Shown: piece by piece, positions 62,520 through 64,000 of the stretch
Position numbering within the stretch: position 1 is the stretch's first letter
How the letters are laid out: each line of letters begins with the position of its first letter
The notes under the pieces: model-generated
What the model was told of the DNA's origin: nothing
Databases searched by the model: none
The model's input: only the letters and a program-made list of their open reading frames with translations
Made by a program: the position numbers and the translations under genes
Source of the DNA: Macrostomum lignano
Lineage: Eukaryota
Direction of reading: 5' to 3'
DNA: 64,000 nt
Assembly (NCBI GenBank): GCA_002269645.1
Contig: NIVC01000110.1
Coordinates: 558,001 to 622,000 of the forward strand

Positions 62520-63569
62520 TTTGGATTATAAAAGCTCGAAAAAAGGTTAGCTGTCAGCAACAGGCAACACAGGTATCCGACTAAAAGGATTGCCGCAAAA
62601 AGCAAACCAGCAGGCTCAGTTGCCATCGTTGCGACTTGAAACGTCAAGAGCATTCCAGTATGTTGGCCTCGACTAATGCGGTCCGCTGCAGTACCGCAGG
62701 GGGGGGGGTGACTTCCAGCACAAGGCCTGCATTCCACTATTTGCATGCTGTTCTCCTCAAAGTAGTACCAGACCGGATCATCCAGTCGTTTCTATAGAGT
62801 CTACGTCGATTCTGTGCTTTCGTCGTGGCATTCTGTCGATAATTTCGGACAACTTCAAGACGTTCCACGCGGCTGTACGATTGCTTGACCCTCAAACGGT
62901 ACCACTGCAGACTACCGATGATCAGAAGCTCTTAGCTGCCAAAAGAACCACGGCTAAGCAGCAGACTACATGTAGACAAACGTAGAAGACACAACCGAGT
63001 TACCGCTGTCACGACGGTAATGCACAGCTTCAACAACTTTTACTGCAACCTTGGTACTCCGGAATCCATGAACAACACCACATCGCCGACTTGGACCTCG
63101 CGATCCTGCAATCCTACGAACGTCTACTAGGCGTCGTGAAAGCAGAGAAAATATTGGCGATGGATTCTGGAGTAGCAAGGTTGCAGTGGAATTTGTTGGT
63201 GAAGCTGTTCCTCACGGTCGTGACGGCATGGCTCAGTCCCGTCTCTTCCGTTCGTCCCGTCTGCTGCCTCCTTAGTTCCGTCGGCCGGTGACATTGCTGG
63301 TTCGTGTGGAGATGTCCGAGCGTATTTAGTTTCTATAGTTATTTAATCCAGTTTTCATCATGGGACTTCAAAAAGCAGTCTTAGTAAAGTGAGCAGGCAC
63401 TGGCGTCGTATGACGGTGCGAACATTGGTCCCGACATTCTCTGTGCCCGTAAGACTCATCTACGGGCGTAAGTATGACATCAAACAAAGCAATACTAAGC
63501 TGAAAGTCAGTTTTTATTTCAAGCCAGATGCTACAGAGGACAAGGTCTGAGACATATGTAAAAAAGCGA

Positions 63570-63645
63570 GAGAGATAGAGAGAGAGAGAGAGAAAGAGGG
63601 GAGAGAGAGAGGTAGACAGAGGTAGACAGTCAGAGAGACAGACAG

Positions 63646-63688
<43 letters not shown>

Positions 63689-63690
63689 TG
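63570..63690. repeat. (GA)n/(GACA)n microsatellite
   Basis: Directly visible. Confidence 0.9.
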
Positions 63691-64000
63691 TTGCCTATGA
63701 AGCGGACTGTGATTCAGCTAACGGAAGGCAAAGAGAAGGTCTTCCATATTGTAGCAACAAGTCTGCCTGCGTTAGGCTTGTCTAGAATTCCTCTGTTCCA
63801 GGCTCTTATATTTCCTAGTTGCGGGCTTGGCTCTCAGCATAAAGAAAATACAGTAAATACAAAATATATAGCATTCTATGACATAGACAGAAACACGCAC
63901 ACACACAGTCTTTGCTTGACTGCTAACCTTGAGGCTAGAGTCAAAAATAAAATGATAGAGTGCGCAGTCTCAGTCACAGTCGCACAAGACAGACAGACAG

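Noticed and set aside
62760-63330. Coding-like fragments near the window end
   Set aside because: Stops occur in all frames and there is no recognisable motif. It may be a decayed TE or pseudo-exon, but this cannot be supported.

Overview
This is eukaryotic (metazoan) genomic DNA. Short GC-rich exons are separated by GT-AG introns, and most introns contain their own minisatellite or microsatellite. This style resembles the flatworm Macrostomum lignano (inference, not verified). Six genes could be assembled by hand with phase-consistent splice sites: (1) a 5'-partial adhesion GPCR with GPS and 7TM (+, 1-6211); (2) a secreted or GPI-anchored CAP/SCP + 2xEGF protein with a polybasic furin-type site (-, 11880-15928); (3) a Scratch (Snail superfamily) C2H2 factor (+, ~27.3-29.95 kb), with a detached SNAG-like MPKAFL-stop at 25545; (4) a Nova/pasilla 3xKH RNA-binding protein (-, 38772->43889); (5) an ~815-aa ankyrin-like protein ending in a CaaX box (+, 49192-59965); (6) an intronless secreted PAN/apple + C-type-lectin-like gene with a one-base frameshift (+, 60537-61381). 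Mobile DNA includes three solo LTRs with 4-bp TSDs, a 698-bp foldback/hAT-like element with 249-bp TIRs and an 8-bp TSD, and smaller TIR elements. The most unusual signal is in the tandem arrays. Several unrelated arrays share the core (CT)AACAGGTG. This is both a Snail/Scratch-type E-box and, on the sense strand of the ankyrin gene, a chain of back-to-back acceptor|donor (CAG|GT) motifs. Most long ORFs in the supplied track are artefacts of these repeats. No CRISPR array, rRNA, tRNA or autonomous transposase/RT ORF was recognised.
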